From contig CM022665.1 in NCBI GenBank assembly GCA_012295275.1, positions 44,020,001 to 44,084,000 on the forward strand: a DNA stretch of 64,000 bases, read 5' to 3'. The DNA is from Chrysomallon squamiferum (Eukaryota; Animalia; Mollusca). Positions 1-14,739 of this stretch are shown here, in pieces; the stretch's first letter is position 1, and every line of letters begins with the position of its first letter. Made by a program: the position numbers and the translations under genes. Below the pieces are notes generated by a model. It was not told the DNA's origin. It worked only from the letters and a program-made list of their open reading frames with translations, and made no database searches.

Positions 1-788
1 CGTATTTAACTGTTTATTTTTATTTTATTTTGTTTTATATTTTAAAGTATTATGTTACACTTTTATTTGATAGCTATCAAACAGATGGGTTACGTAACAT
101 CAATTTTTAATTTCCAATTAATTAAAAATTTAAAAAGCATTCTGAAAACAAAATGAGTTATAACAACACTAACGTTTAAATGTCTTCATATTTTAAAAAA
201 ATGTTCTCTTCAGAATAATTTTAAAATGATGATAGAATATTATTTAATAGCTACAGATAGTATGAGAAATGTTTTATAGAGTGTACATCTCATATCGTTT
301 ATATACCTTGTTATACCTTATAGGTATATTTACCTACCCGTTTATCCATGAAAACTTGTATGTTTTTATATTATATCTGATAGCGTCTTTTTTTTTTTCT
401 TCTTATCAATCTTTTAAATTAAAACCATAGACTGTCACCCACACACATAATACACACACTGGAGGAAAAAAAAAAAGAAAATAAAAAAATAAAGAAAATA
501 AAAAGAATAAGAAGAGGAGATTTAAAAAAAAAATAATAATAAAAAAAAAAAAAAATAAATAAATAAAGTTTCTTGAACTGATCGCAAATATAATTACTTG
601 TCTAACTTCAAATAATCTCCATGGTTATATTCCTTTAATAGAATAAATGAGCACGTGATCGCTTGTCAGGACACGTGACTGATAACGTCATACATAATTC
701 AGCGTTCAAGACTGACGAGACACGTGACCTGAAGCGACATTACTCATCTGTTGCTACTGGTTACGCTTAAAGTCAAAACCTGAGGATG

Positions 789-851
<63 letters not shown>

Positions 852-2194
852 CTATGCAATTCGAAACTGGCCATACTGAGTTGTAACGACATTTGATCCT
901 TAAACACAGCGTTGTCCATCACTTTTTGTTGTTGTTGTTGTTGTTGCTGTTGTTGTTGTTGAAGATGGATGTAGCAGTATGTAATAATACTGAAGTATCA
1001 GTGCTGATAGTATTAACATTGCAGTAGCTGCAGCAACAGTAAGACTCGTAATACCATTAGTAGTAGTAGTAGTAGCAGAAGCAGTAATATGAGTAGTTGT
1101 AGTAGTTGTAGTAGTAACAGCAGCAGTCCTGATAATTGCTGTAGTTGGTTTAGTAGAAGCTGATGATCTTTTTCTCACCGTTAATTAATAATTTAAGGAT
1201 AATGATATATACTCTTTTTTTCTTTCTCACCGTTAATTAATCATTCAATAAATATATATATATATATATTCTTTTTTTTTCTATAATTTTCCTTCTTTTC
1301 TTTCTTTTTAGATTTTTTTCCTTAAATTTTTTTAAATTTTATTATTTTTATTATTTTATTTTTTTATTATTATGTATTTAAAAGTTACAACTAATATATC
1401 TGAGGCAACGTATTAAAAATGATAAAAAAAAAAAAAAAAAAAAAAAAAAACGAGGGTTAATAAAAGAAGAAAAAAAAAAAAAAAAAAAAATGAGAAAAGA
1501 TTATAGAAAAGCTTACGGTATTGATTACCAAAACGAGGACATTTATTGCCTTGTAGTAAGTTCATCGCGATATCTCGCGAACCGCCAAGTCGAGCAGCGA
1601 ACGGTTAAAGGGTGTTAATTTAAAGGGAAAAAATGGCGTCAATCAATATGTTGTCGTTCACCACTTCATTCCGACTGCTCGGGTCGCCGCTGCGCCTCAT
1701 CAGAACGTTTGAACAAAAGACTCTGATTAAGTCGTTCTTCTGATTAGATATGGCGGAGCATGCAGCGAGATTTCTTGCTTAAAATTAATGACTCTTTTTT
1801 CTTTTCTTCTTTTTTTTTTTTTTTTTTTTTTAGCTGTCTGCTGCACATTAAGTGTTTGTGCTGATCAATAAAAATTTAAATTGTTATTACTTCATAAGTT
1901 TTCTGGGGTTGTTGTTGTTTTTTTGCTAGCGTCAACCACATTGTGTGTGTGTGACTTTTGTGGGTTTTACTTTTTAATTGTTTTTGATCCGGTTTTTAAC
2001 CCACACCGGTCCTCGCCCGCCCTTCCCGTTCTCCCCCTTTTCCCCTTTCATCTCATTTCTGCTGTTCGCCTCGCTTGTGTATTCGGCTCGTTATTATTTC
2101 TGATTAAATGAAAATTAAATTTTCAAAAGAACAGCAGTCCCGCACAAAATAACATAATTACCGACTATTGGAAGATTTTAATTTTTTAATTTTT

Positions 2195-2234
<40 letters not shown>

Positions 2235-3687
2235 CCATATTCTCTAAAATGAAGGCAGCATGTTGTGCACGTGCAGTTTTGCGCGTTTTATTTATTGTGA
2301 TAATTCACTGGACCATTGCGCTATCGTTTTTTAAAAAAAAAAAAAAAAAATGTAATTGAATATTTTGAAAACACAGACGCTTCAGAAAAGCGTTTATTTT
2401 ACAATTGCACGCGCTGCAGTCATTGTTTTTTTTTTTTTTTTTTCATCATTTAGGTGCTGACTGAGAAATTACGAGATCGGGTTGATTGCGTCATCTCATT
2501 ACATTTTAATATCAGTTATTATTTAGTGACAACCGTATTGTTTTTTTGGTTTTTTTTGTTTTGTATTTTTTATAGAGGTGAAACCCGAAACCGCCATTAC
2601 AAAGATCAGTGGGATATTTGAGAAAGGAAATCCGCTGCTTGCTTTCCAAAGCATTTGCAGAAAAAAACAAAAAAAAAAAAAAATTAAAATTAAAAAAATT
2701 AAAAAAGTATTTTCTATACAGCGTTCTGTTGTTGGGATTGGTAGCTCATTCGGTAAAATCGAGAAGAATCGATCCAGGTTGCCTCGACGTATCAAGCTGT
2801 CACCGTTTACACGGATTTGAAAAAAAAATTGTGATAAAAATTAATATTAATTTGTAATGCAAACATTTGTTTTTTTTATTATTATTTATATATTTTTTCA
2901 ACAACGTTTATATTGTTTTCTGTAACTTTAATGTGAAAACGTACTGTAATTTAATAATGAAAATAATGTTATCGTTTACTTTAGTTTATTTATTTATTTA
3001 TTTATTTATTTATTTTTGTTGTTTTCAATAAAATTAAAGTAGTTTTATAATGATTATTTAAAAAAAAAGAATTGTCTTCGTTTTGCACACAAAGAAACGT
3101 TTAACAACAACAACAACAACAACAATAATAATAATAATAATAACAATAACAATAACAACAACAACAGTAACATCAACTTCAGCAACAACAATAATAATTA
3201 TAATTATGATGATAATGACGATGATGATGATGGTGGTAATATAGTTTTTTTTAAATTAAGATTTACTCTTATTTATATATTTCTACGTCAGAACAACACA
3301 CATACATAATATATACAATAACTAAACAGTGAACGGGACTGTTCCCCCCTATTTTTATACATAAAACTTTTTAATAACAAAAGATTAGTTTTAAGCATTT
3401 CTAACTTTGAACCGAGATATTAAAAATACATCTGAGGTATTTTCTGCCTACCAGCAAATGCACGTTTTATATATTTTTAATTTATTTCAGCAGGATATAT
3501 TTAAGAAAGCAAATAGCTGAAAGCCACTCAGTGGTATGATCTCTATCAGGTCTTTTTTTTCTTTGATCAGAGATATTAGAGATCATTTCCACGCTATTTG
3601 AGCTTCAGGTTGTATGATAAGATGTATTATATCCTAAAGGCTACGACGAGATTATTATTAATAAATAGTTATTAAATTACGTAATAA

Positions 3688-3738
<51 letters not shown>

Positions 3739-5197
3739 CGTATGTATGTATGTTTAGTATGCTTATATGTATGTATGCATGTATGTATGTATATATGTAT
3801 GTACCATTAATTAATATCTTAATTAATATTTATTTATATAAATTTTATTTATTATCATTATTGTTGTTGGTGTTGATTATTGTGATTATTTATTATTTAT
3901 TTATTATCCTCATCATCGTTATTATTTATTTATTTAGTGGTGGTAGTATTAGCAGTAGTAGTAGTAGTAGTGGACTTTCATTATTTATGTATTTAAATGA
4001 AACACTGTAAATGTCGCTTTCCCAATTGTTTTGTGTTTGCTTGTGTAAGAGAGACAAACATATAGACAGAGAGAAACACAAAATAAAAAAAAATTTCCCT
4101 CCACTAAATTCCTCCGTACAATGTTTTCACTTTCGTCAGCTTATGAAAATCGACTGGTATTTAGCATAACTGGCATAAATTATCTGATACGCGGCTAATC
4201 TACCGATCACTCACAGCACATTACGTTCCGTTACACAGCCGCTTGTAAACCACCAGCCGAGAAGCCAGTCAAGTGGCGGGAATCTTCCGAGCAGACGACT
4301 GAGAGTAAAACAAAATTCCGACAAGGTGCAAAGAGCCGAGATCCCAGCAGAACGCCGACAATGACATGCCCGGTGAATGTTTCGCCTGCCAGGGCGGTTT
4401 ACAAGGACTAACGAGCGCGTAAGTTGAACGGAATACCGCGAAATACCGCAAATAACTACAACAATGGCCACCAAAGACCGGAGAATGAAACGTTGGCAAA
4501 AACCCCAAAACTCGTGGTTGGAATAGTAGAAAGATTATTTTATCTTTCTTTTTAAAAAAAAACACAAAAAAAAACCACATAACATTTTAAAGGTTTTTTT
4601 TTTTTCTGTTTAAAGTATGGATGAGTTTTGACATTTATTTTCTGCAGTGAGAGAAATTAAATAGAATTTTTAACAAATGAACTTTAGAGTGATCGATATT
4701 AAAAATGTATTTGAAAAGAGAGAGAAAAGATCCTTAAGTACGTTTTATTTTGAAATGAATGAACTAATGATTTAATGAACAACAACAACAACAACAATAT
4801 ATTAAGAAGAAGAAGAAGGAGAAATTGAAGAAGAAGGTTTACATAATTTTACTATATCCTATGTTACCAAAGTCATTGTTTTAATTAAATAAATAAATAA
4901 ATAAAATAAAAAAAATAAATTAAAAAAACAAATAAATAAATAAATAAATTCTTTTAATTTAAAAATTAATCAAATTAAAAACCAAAATTTTTGTTGTCCA
5001 CTGACTAAAAAATTCTTTTAATTAAAAACACTCTTTTTTGTCATATAATCTATTCATTCAACCAGAAAGATTCCATTTTTTAAATTACACTTTTTTCCCC
5101 AATAAGTTTTCTATATCAAACGCAAACTACTCTTATTATCCACATAATTAATTTATTCTGATAACAGAACTACAATATTACGATTTTAAATTTTAAA

Positions 5198-5301
<104 letters not shown>

Positions 5302-5539
5302 TCCTCCCATCAGACGACATTACCACATAAAAGCACGCAGGAAATACTTCACTAAGAACTCACGTCTTTTTTAATTACTCATAGTATCCGTGGTTTATTT
5401 CCTATTAATGGTTGTTTTTTTCTCTCTGTTTTCCGATGATCGGCGGTTTGCCAAGAGGAATCATTACAAGCGCTCCTCAAACGTCTTTCACCAGTTCTGC
5501 AATGTTCGTCTGCAAGAGTCGCTTAACAAGGAAAATTGT

Positions 5540-7073
5540 GTGCAAACGTCGCTTATACCTTTAATAAAGAAAATCGTCTGCAAATGTCGCTTATACTTTA
5601 AATAGAGAAAATCGTCTGAAAAAAACAACAGTTATTTTTTAATAGAGAAAAATGGTCTGCAATGTGGTTTACACATTAAAAAGAGAAAATCGTCGGCAAA
5701 CGTCGCTTACACTTTAAATAGAGAAAGTCATCCTCAAACGTCGCTTACTTTTAATAGAAAAAATCGTCTGCAAACGTCGCTTACACTTTAAATAGAGAAA
5801 ATCGTCAGCGAACGTCGCTTACACTTTAAATAGAAAAAATCGTCTGCAAACGTCGCTTACACTTTAAATAGAGAAGATCGTCTGAAAACGTCGCTTACAC
5901 TTTAAATAGAGAAAAATCGTCTGCAAACGTCGCTTACACTTTAAATAGAGAAAATCGTCAGCAAACGTCGCTTACACTTTAAATAGAGAAAATAGTCTGA
6001 AAAAACATTTATTTTTTAATAGAGAAAAATCGTCTGCAATGTGGTTTACACATTAAATAGAGAAAATCGTCGACAAACGTCGCTTAGACTTTAAATAGAG
6101 AAAGTCATCCTCAAACGTCGCTTACTTTTAATAGAGAAAATCGTCTGAAAAAGCAACATTTACTTTTTAAAAAAGAAAATCGTCATGAAACGTCATTTAC
6201 CCTTTAAATAGAGAAAATCGTCTGAAAAAGTCGCTTATACTTTAAATAGCGAAACATCGTCGGCAAACGTCGCTTACACATTAAATAGAGAAAAATCGTC
6301 GGCAAACGTCGCTTACACATTAAAAAGAAAATATCGTCTGAAAACGTCGCTTACACTTTAAATAGAGAAAATCGTCGGCAAACGTCGCTTACACTTTAAA
6401 TAGAGAAAATCGTCGGCAAACGTCGCTTAAACTTTAAATTGCAAAAGCAACATTTACTTTTTAATAAAGAAAATCGTTATGAAGCCATGCTTAAACTTTA
6501 AATAGAAAATCGTCTGCAAACGTCGCTTACACTTTAAATAGAGAAAATCGTCTGCAAACGTCGCTTACACTTTAAATAGAGAAAATCGTCGGCAAACGTC
6601 GCTTACACTTTAAAAAGAAAATATCGTCTGAAAACGTCGCTTACACTTTAAATAGAGAAAATCGTCGGCAAAAGCAACATTTACTTTTTAATAAAGAAAA
6701 TCGTTATGAAGCCATGCTTAAACTTTAAATAGAGAAACTCGACTGCAAACGTCGCTTAAACTTTAAATAGAGAAAATCGTCTACAAACGTCGCTTAAACT
6801 TTAAATAGAGAAAAATCGTCGGCAAACGTCGCTTACACATTAAAAAGAAAATATCGTCTGAAAACGTCGCTTACACTTTAAATAGAGAAAATCGTCGGCA
6901 AAAGCAACATTTACTTTTTAATAAAGAAAAATGAAGCCATGTTAAACTTTAAATAGAGAAAACAAACGTCGCTTAAACTTTTAGAGAAAATCGTCTACAA
7001 ACGTCGCTTAAACTTTAAATAGAGAAAAATCGTCTGCAAACGTCGCTTAAACTTTAAATAGAGAAAGTCGTCA
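5540..7073. repeat. 38-bp minisatellite, ~40 copies, with higher-order structure
   Basis: Consensus aaatagagaaaatcgtctgcaaacgtcgcttacacttt; atcgtc recurs at 5763 and 5801 (period 38). Confidence 0.97.
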
Positions 7074-7396
7074 GCGCTAATAACGCTTTTCTTCCTCGGG
7101 TTATAATTCCATCCAGGTCGTTAACGACGCAAGCAAGCGAACGTTCACTTTACAGTTCGATTGTCAAACGCGGTATTGATCCGTTCGTCCGTACCTCGTT
7201 TAGTCTGTAATGGGTGTTATGTGGCCGTCATTATTGTTCTGTGTCGTAGAGATAACGAAAATAGCCGAATGTTCGTTTTCACGTGCTGTTGAGTGTTTAC
7301 TCGCGTGTTAGTCGGTGTTGTTCGTTTATGTTGGTTTTTGTGAGTTGTGTTTCTCTTGCGAATCCTGCTCCGTTTTAGAAAAAGGGGGGGGGAGAG

Positions 7397-7480
<84 letters not shown>

Positions 7481-7538
7481 TATTCAGAATAATTGGGGTT
7501 AAACACAGTATGCCATAATAGATATAAAAAATAATAGA

Positions 7539-7574
<36 letters not shown>

Positions 7575-8269
7575 CATATATAATTAATATAAATAAATAT
7601 AAAATAAAATAAAATAAATAAATACATTTTTTTTTTTTTTTTTTAATCAAAATAATCAGAAATTACATTTTTCTCCTGTTTAAGTCATACAATTGATTTA
7701 CAAAGTTCATGGTGTGTGTTGTCTTGTCTACAAAAAAGATACGTTTATAAATTATTTGCTTTTAACTGATATTCCTGAACCATAAAGTAAAATCAGCGGA
7801 TTTTATATCTTATATTCTCGTTATAAAATATCCTTATGTTTGACACCCAGTATTATATGTCACAGTAACAAATACACACACACACACACACACACACATA
7901 CACATAACTCAAACACACACATATAAAAAAACACACAGACCCACAGACACACAAATTCACACAAACATTTTACACACACACACACACACACTTACACACA
8001 CACACACACTTCGATAATAATAAATATGAAACACCTTTCGTCGTTAAATTAGTCAATGCACATAAATTTTAAATAAATAACTGACAGATATCGATATTTA
8101 ATTTGTACGGGGACAACCCCCCCCCCCCGCCTGTGTATATCTGGAAAACGATCCCGACGGCTACGTGCCTGACAGCTGTTTCGAGCTGTGGATGCCGTGT
8201 CAGCAGTTTCTGCTGGCGGACACAAAGACTGCGACACTTGTGATAGCTGTGTGCTAGAATCTACATCTG

Positions 8270-9200
8270 TTTTCGTTTGTGAAATGATTTACACGTGCTT
8301 TTTTTTTTTTTTTTTTTTTTTGAGGTTTTTTTTTGACTGTAAAAATCCTCTTTCTCTGTATGCAGAGCTTTGTCTTTTGTCTCAGCCAGATAGATATTTA
8401 AAAAAATTTTTTATTAATTTTGTAAAATGATTTAACTGTAAAAATCTTCTTTTTCTGTATGTCGAGCTTTGTGTTTTGTTAAGTATCATTCCAGCCAGAT
8501 AGACACCTTTTTTTTTTTTTTTTTTATTTATTAATTTTGTGAAATGATTTGACTGTAAAAATCCTCTTTCTCTGTATGTAGAGCTTTTTCTTTTGTTAAG
8601 TATCATCCCAGCGAGATAAATATGTTTTCATTAATTTTGTAAAATGATTTGCACGATTTTGTTTTTTCAATAAACAATAATAATTGTTAATTCCTTCGTT
8701 TTTTTTTTTTTTTTTTTTTGTAGATGTTTCTCTTTTTAATTAACCATCATACCAACCAGATAGATCTGTTTTCGTTTTTAACATGTAACTGTAAAAAAAA
8801 ACCACTTTCTTTTTTCGTAGATCTTTGTGTTTTATTAACCGTTATCTCAGCTACATAAATCTGTTTTCACTTGTAAAATGATTTACACGTGTTTTAACTG
8901 TATAATCAGTCCAACGTTCCTCTTTCTTCTATCAGTAGATTTTTCTCTTTTACGAACCATCATCCGAGACTGTATATTCGTTTTCATTTGTAAAATGATT
9001 TGCTGTTGTTGTTTTTTTGTTAACTGTGAATACTGTCTTTCACTATTTGTAGAGCTTTCTCATTTATTTACCATCATCCCAACCAAGACAGATCTGATTT
9101 CATTTGTGAAATGATTTGAACGTGTTTGGTTTTTTTAACTGTAAAAACTGTCTTTCTCTGGTTTTTTTTCTCTTTTATTTAAAACCATCCCAACCTGTGT
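8270..9200. repeat. Degenerate ~115-140 bp tandem repeat interrupted by poly-T
   Basis: tttgt(a/g)aaatgattt...actgtaaaaa...gtagagcttt...catcccagc recurs near 8276, 8419, 8537, 8636, 8871, 8987 and 9103. Confidence 0.8.
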
Positions 9201-10484
9201 ATCCACTGATAGATAACTCCCACAGTATCTGTGGTTATTTTTATTTTAATTTCGTGTTGCGGACATTTTTATTTCAGGGTATTCTGTGGTGATGCTTTAG
9301 TTCCTTGGGCTTTTCGACATTTGATTTCTCTTAGACAGTTTAATGTTCTGGTTCTTCTGTTGTTTATATTTCCAGTGCGTCTTTCGAAATGCGCTGCTTG
9401 GTATTTCGACATTTTATTTTCAGTGTGACCTTACAGATTTCATTTTCAGTTTAGATCCTGCAGGATAAATACATTGTAATCTTTCAATATTTACTTGTCA
9501 TTCGACGGTTAATTTTGTTGACTGTGCCTCGAAAATTGATTTATCATCGATTCCTTCGGGGGGATTTTTTTTTAAAGTTGGTTTTTTAAAATATTTTTTT
9601 TTTTTTTTATTATTATTCAAAATGTGTCATTTTATATTTCATTTTCGATGTCTAATCGACATTAACATTCTTTGCTTATTTCAGTTTTTTTTTTTTTTTT
9701 TTTTGTCATGCTGTTTTATTGAATTTTCAGAAAACAGCAGTTTCTAATTTTTTGTGCAAATTCTGCTATTAACAGAAAGCGATGTATCGAAATTAAATTT
9801 TAAAAACAAGCCCATCAGAAGACGTTGTGTATTAAAAATCTGCTTGTCTTGCAGAGACACACACATAGGTCACTGCCTTCAATAATACAAATCCTAACCA
9901 ACTAAATCAGAAAATCTTATATGGACAAATATGACAGTAGTCCCCAACAATACAGTTGTAAATTACTATCTAGCCAACCCATTTACGACGTAACGGCTCA
10001 CAAACAGTTAATTCGACAGATTTTAGCTTTCATCTGAAGTGCACGAATCTAATCACTCATTAGCTGTTAAGTAACTGGTTTATAAATAATCCGGTCAACT
10101 CATCGTATTAACTTACATTCTTAAATCTTAACTGGTTGGTAGGAGTAACCTTCCATGCAGACACCGCGGCCATTTTTTTTTTATTTTTTTTTTACCGTTC
10201 CAACTGGTATCTCTCTACAAGATTACTAAAGGTTATGCTATTTTTCTGGTGTATTGCGTGATATTTTGCAGGAAGATCGTGTTAATCAACAAGCGTAGGC
10301 TGTTTTTTTACTGTAATCTGTGTTGTGTTGTGATGAAACCACGTGAATGACACCAAAGAACCGCCAACAGTAAAATAAGCCGAGATGATGCTGACATGTA
10401 ATCATTAATGTATTCTTCTGTTGACATAAATAATGCATTAATTTACATCCACAGTACAGAAGAGACTGTTTGATCGTATTAATA

Positions 10485-11100
10485 TCTGTTTTAATGAAGA
10501 TAAATTTGTTTTAATTATGCATTTGTTTTAATGAACATAAATATTCATGTTTATTATACCGTTTTAATGAAGATAATATATTATTATATATTTGTTTCAA
10601 TGATTATAAATATTAATGTGTATTATGCCATGTTTATGAAGATAATATAATGTTATATATTTGTTTTAATGAAGATAAATTTTAATGTGGATTGTACCTT
10701 TGTTTATGAAGACAATATAATATTATATATGTGTTTTAATGAAGGTGTTCCTATGTTTATGTATTAATAATATATATTTGTTATAATGAAGATAAATAAT
10801 ACTGTGCATTGTACATTTTTTATGAAGATAATTTAATATTATTAATTTATTTTAATGAAGATAAATATTAATGTGTATTATACCTTTGTTTATGAAGATG
10901 ATAATGTAATGTTAAATATATAATAATTTGTTTTAATGAAGATAAATAGTATTGTGCATTATACCCTTTTTATGAAGATAATAACAGTAATATAATATAT
11001 TTGTTTTAATGAAGGTATTGTATATTCCACCTTTGTTTGCATATTAATATTATACATTACTTTATTTTAATCAAGATATTTTACATTATGAAGATAGTGA
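10485..11100. repeat. Degenerate AT-rich tandem repeat built on atgaagataa
   Basis: Alternating tttaatgaagataaat and tttatgaagataat, with a ~70-80 bp dimer period. Confidence 0.8.
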
Positions 11101-11780
11101 TAGTTACTGGAGATATATTTTAGAATAACTGGTATTTCTTCTTGAAGATATTGTATATAAGCATAATATTTTACATCTGTGCATAAATATATTACATATT
11201 AGTATAACAGTACGTACATGAAGATGAATTAACAGAATATTCATATGTGCATAAAGATATTATATACTAGTATATCATTATATTGCGTAGTACTACATAA
11301 TGCATATGGACATAAAGATATTATGAGTATAATAAATTAATATAATGTAGTTTTTTTTTTTTTTTTTTTAGAAAATACCGCGTTTTAGTATAGTATTATA
11401 CATACGTGCCTAAAAATATTAGTCGTTAACATAACCTAGTATATTTATTTATAAACATATTCTTCATAAATGGAAAACTACGCCTTTGTTAATGGACATG
11501 TCTGCATAACATTATATGTTTATTTAAGAAGATGTAATAGTGTGTACTCGTTAACGGAGATGGTGTCAGTATAACACTATTTGTTTATGAAAATGCTATA
11601 CACACACAAGTACAGTATCATACACACACACTTACATACGTACACACAGGATACTTAACCCAGCTGTTTCCACGGTTAAGCCTATTAAATTAACACTCAC
11701 TGAACACGTGAAATGCCTGACACGGCTGTTTGGCGTGACCTGTAACAGTTTATCAGAAATTCAGCTGTCAGGCGTCTTAA

Positions 11781-12341
11781 TACTACTACTACTACTACTA
11801 CTGCTACTAGGACTGTTACTTCTACTGCTACAACTACTGTTACGACAACTGCTACTACCACTACTGCTGCTATTGCTGTTACTGCTACTGCTATTATTAC
11901 TACTACTAGTGATGTTACTGCTACTGCTACAACTACTATTACTACAACTGCTATTACATCTACTACTACAACTACAACTAACTACTACTACTATACTCTA
12001 CTACTACTACTACTACTACAACTACTACAACTATACTACTACTACTACTATTCATACTACTACTACTGCTGCTACTGCTTACTACTACTACTATTACTAC
12101 TATTACTACTACAACTACAACTACTGCTACTACTACTACTACTACTACTGCTACTACTACTACCACTGCTATTACTGCTACTACTACTACTGCTACTACT
12201 ACGACTGCTATTATTACTACTACTGCTACTGGTACTATTGCTACTACTAATACTACTACTGCTACTGCTACTACTACTACTAGTACTGCTATTGCTACTA
12301 TTACAACAGCTACTACTAGTTGTACTGCTGCTACTACTACT
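11781..12341. repeat. Degenerate (CTA/CTG)n trinucleotide tract
   Basis: Direct reading; it is the source of the poly-Leu/Tyr/Thr ORF artefact. Confidence 0.95.
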
Positions 12342-13659
12342 TTTTTTTTATCTTTTAATTATACATGTAGTTTATACATGTTGAATATGGAATAAAGACT
12401 TTAAATATTCCCGTAGACCCTGAAGTCTGAAAACTGAGTCTGCTTTAATCAGTAACAAAGAGAGAAAAAAGAAGAAGATAAAACAACAAAATTTAAACTA
12501 GCGAAAAGGAATTGATTAAAGTCGGTATTTCCGAAACCGCTAATTGTTTTAATGACATTATGAAATGAACTTTTAACATTTCTACTGGGGAAAAAAAGAA
12601 AAAAAAGAAGAGATTGCATGTTTTCATTACTGTAAAATATATATATATAAAAAAATGCTTCATCAAAGTTTTTGCTGTTCGTATTTCCTGTTAGGTAAAA
12701 AACAAGGTGAGCAGTGAAGGTCTTTAAAAAACATTCTGACATTAAAGTTAATTTCCTGGTACAAACAAATAAATAAAATATTGTTATAAAATAATGAATA
12801 TAAAGGTAATTGTAGAGGAACATAATAGTAGTAGCAGCAGCAGCAGCAGCACCACCACCACCACAACCACCACCACCAGTAGTAGCAGTAGTAGTAGTAG
12901 TAGCAATAGTAGTAGTAGCAGTAGTAGTAGCAACAGCAGCATAAGTGGTTGTAGTAGTATTAGCAATATTAATTATAATATTAAGTAATTGTTACATTAA
13001 TAATGCCAGCAGTGGTAATAAAATAGAGTCTAGTATTGATGATAGTTGTAGTGGATGTAGCAGTAGCAACAGTAGCAGTAGTAACTAAACATTTCGTTTT
13101 AAAAAAGTCTAAATAAATCATTCATTTTGTTTAATAATAATTTTTTTTTTTTTTTTTTAAATTCCTTCTTCAGTAAAACGCAAATTATACCATTAGCCAA
13201 CTTCCTTTTCATTCGTGGCTAAATCATGAATATTTGATTTTTTCAATTAAAACGTGTCTCTCAAGATCGATGACGTTCCGAAGCCAACAGCTCAGTTTTT
13301 GACCAGTTTTTAATCTGATTTCATGACTCGATCCTCTGACTTAGAAGGAGTGTAAGGAAATGAAAAAGCCGCCGTCGTCATCATCATCGTCATCATCATC
13401 ATACACGACGACGGGCAAGGCAAGACTACGCCTCGAGCCACAGCGTGAACTATCAGTAATGATGGACTGACTACAACGTCAGGATTGACAAAGCTGAATA
13501 AAAGAATAGGGTGAGTGGATGGATGAACGTTTAGTAAAATGTACAATTACATGATAAATAGAGGTACATAGACAGACGGTCTGGAAGCATAGCCAGGAAC
13601 AAACTAAGAGATGGATGCAAAAGATGGTGCGGACAGAAAGACGTATATAACAGGACATA

Positions 13660-13737
13660 CAGATAGATAGATAGATAAATAAATAGAAAGAACGATAGGT
13701 AGATTGATAGACTGAAAGATTGATAGACTGATAGACT

Positions 13738-13824
<87 letters not shown>

Positions 13825-13885
13825 GGATGGATGGATGGATGGATGGATGGATAGATAAATAGATAGACAGACAGACAGACAGACA
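13660..13885. repeat. Compound (GATA)n-(GATG)n-(GACA)n microsatellite
   Basis: Direct reading. Confidence 0.95.
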
Positions 13886-14739
13886 TATAGATGATAGACA
13901 GATATACAGATATTTAGTTATACAGACAGATAGATAAAGAGACAAACAGAAAGACAGATAAAGAGAAACAGATAAATGCTTATTGTAATATTTCTGATAA
14001 ATAAATATTTGAGAAAAAAAAGTTTTGGTAAACATCTGTCAACTTAAGGTAAAAACTGTATTAGTTTACAATAAATAAATGAATAAATACATAAATAAAT
14101 AAATAAATAAATAAACACAAACGTAAATCCAGCCCTCCAAATCAAGTAAGTTTCAGTGCAGGACAGATTTACAAACGTAGATGGGGAAAATAAAGATACG
14201 ACACATTTTCAAAACGCCCTGTTTGTTAAGTATTCATTCACACAGTGACTACAAGAGTCGTAAATACTTTTAACGGAAAGCTTTTTTCTTTTCTTTTTTT
14301 TTTTTTTTGCAGATGAGTAATCTTTTGATAGATTATCACCATTACTGACGTCAGACTTTTTAAAAATAAAAATAAATAAAAACATAAAATAATTAAAGAG
14401 GAAGGCGGAAAAACATTATTTAAAAAGTCAGGGTCCAGTATAATCACCGAGTAAGTCATGCGTAAAGACAGTCGTGCGGTGCGGAACTTACGAGTAACGT
14501 AATTGCTGATATTTCTGCAGTATAGACACAGAGTTTTTCGAATTTCGGGGTTTTATCGAATCGTGTGGCAAGATTTCCCCAGTAATGAAATCATTTTGTT
14601 TTGTGAGATACAGAAGCAGAAATTTTTTGAAGTTTTATACAGTTGTGAATCGAGTTGTCTTTTTTGTTGTTGTTTTATCCAGAGACGTACGTGCGGAGGT
14701 TTTATGTTATATATATACACAAGTAGAATGATCATACTG

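Noticed and set aside
4200-4520. GC-rich island as a coding exon
   Set aside because: The frames I translated give nothing recognisable and lack paired splice signals; more likely regulatory.
5540-7073. CRISPR array (38-bp repeats)
   Set aside because: The units are head-to-tail with no unique spacers, there are no cas genes, and the context is eukaryotic and intron-rich.
11708-12250. 180-aa poly-Leu/Tyr ORF and similar homopolymeric ORFs across the track
   Set aside because: These are direct translations of tri-, di- and tetranucleotide microsatellites.
12408-12435. miR-100/miR-125-like cccgtagaccctg
   Set aside because: Only a partial resemblance, with no hairpin partner arm nearby.
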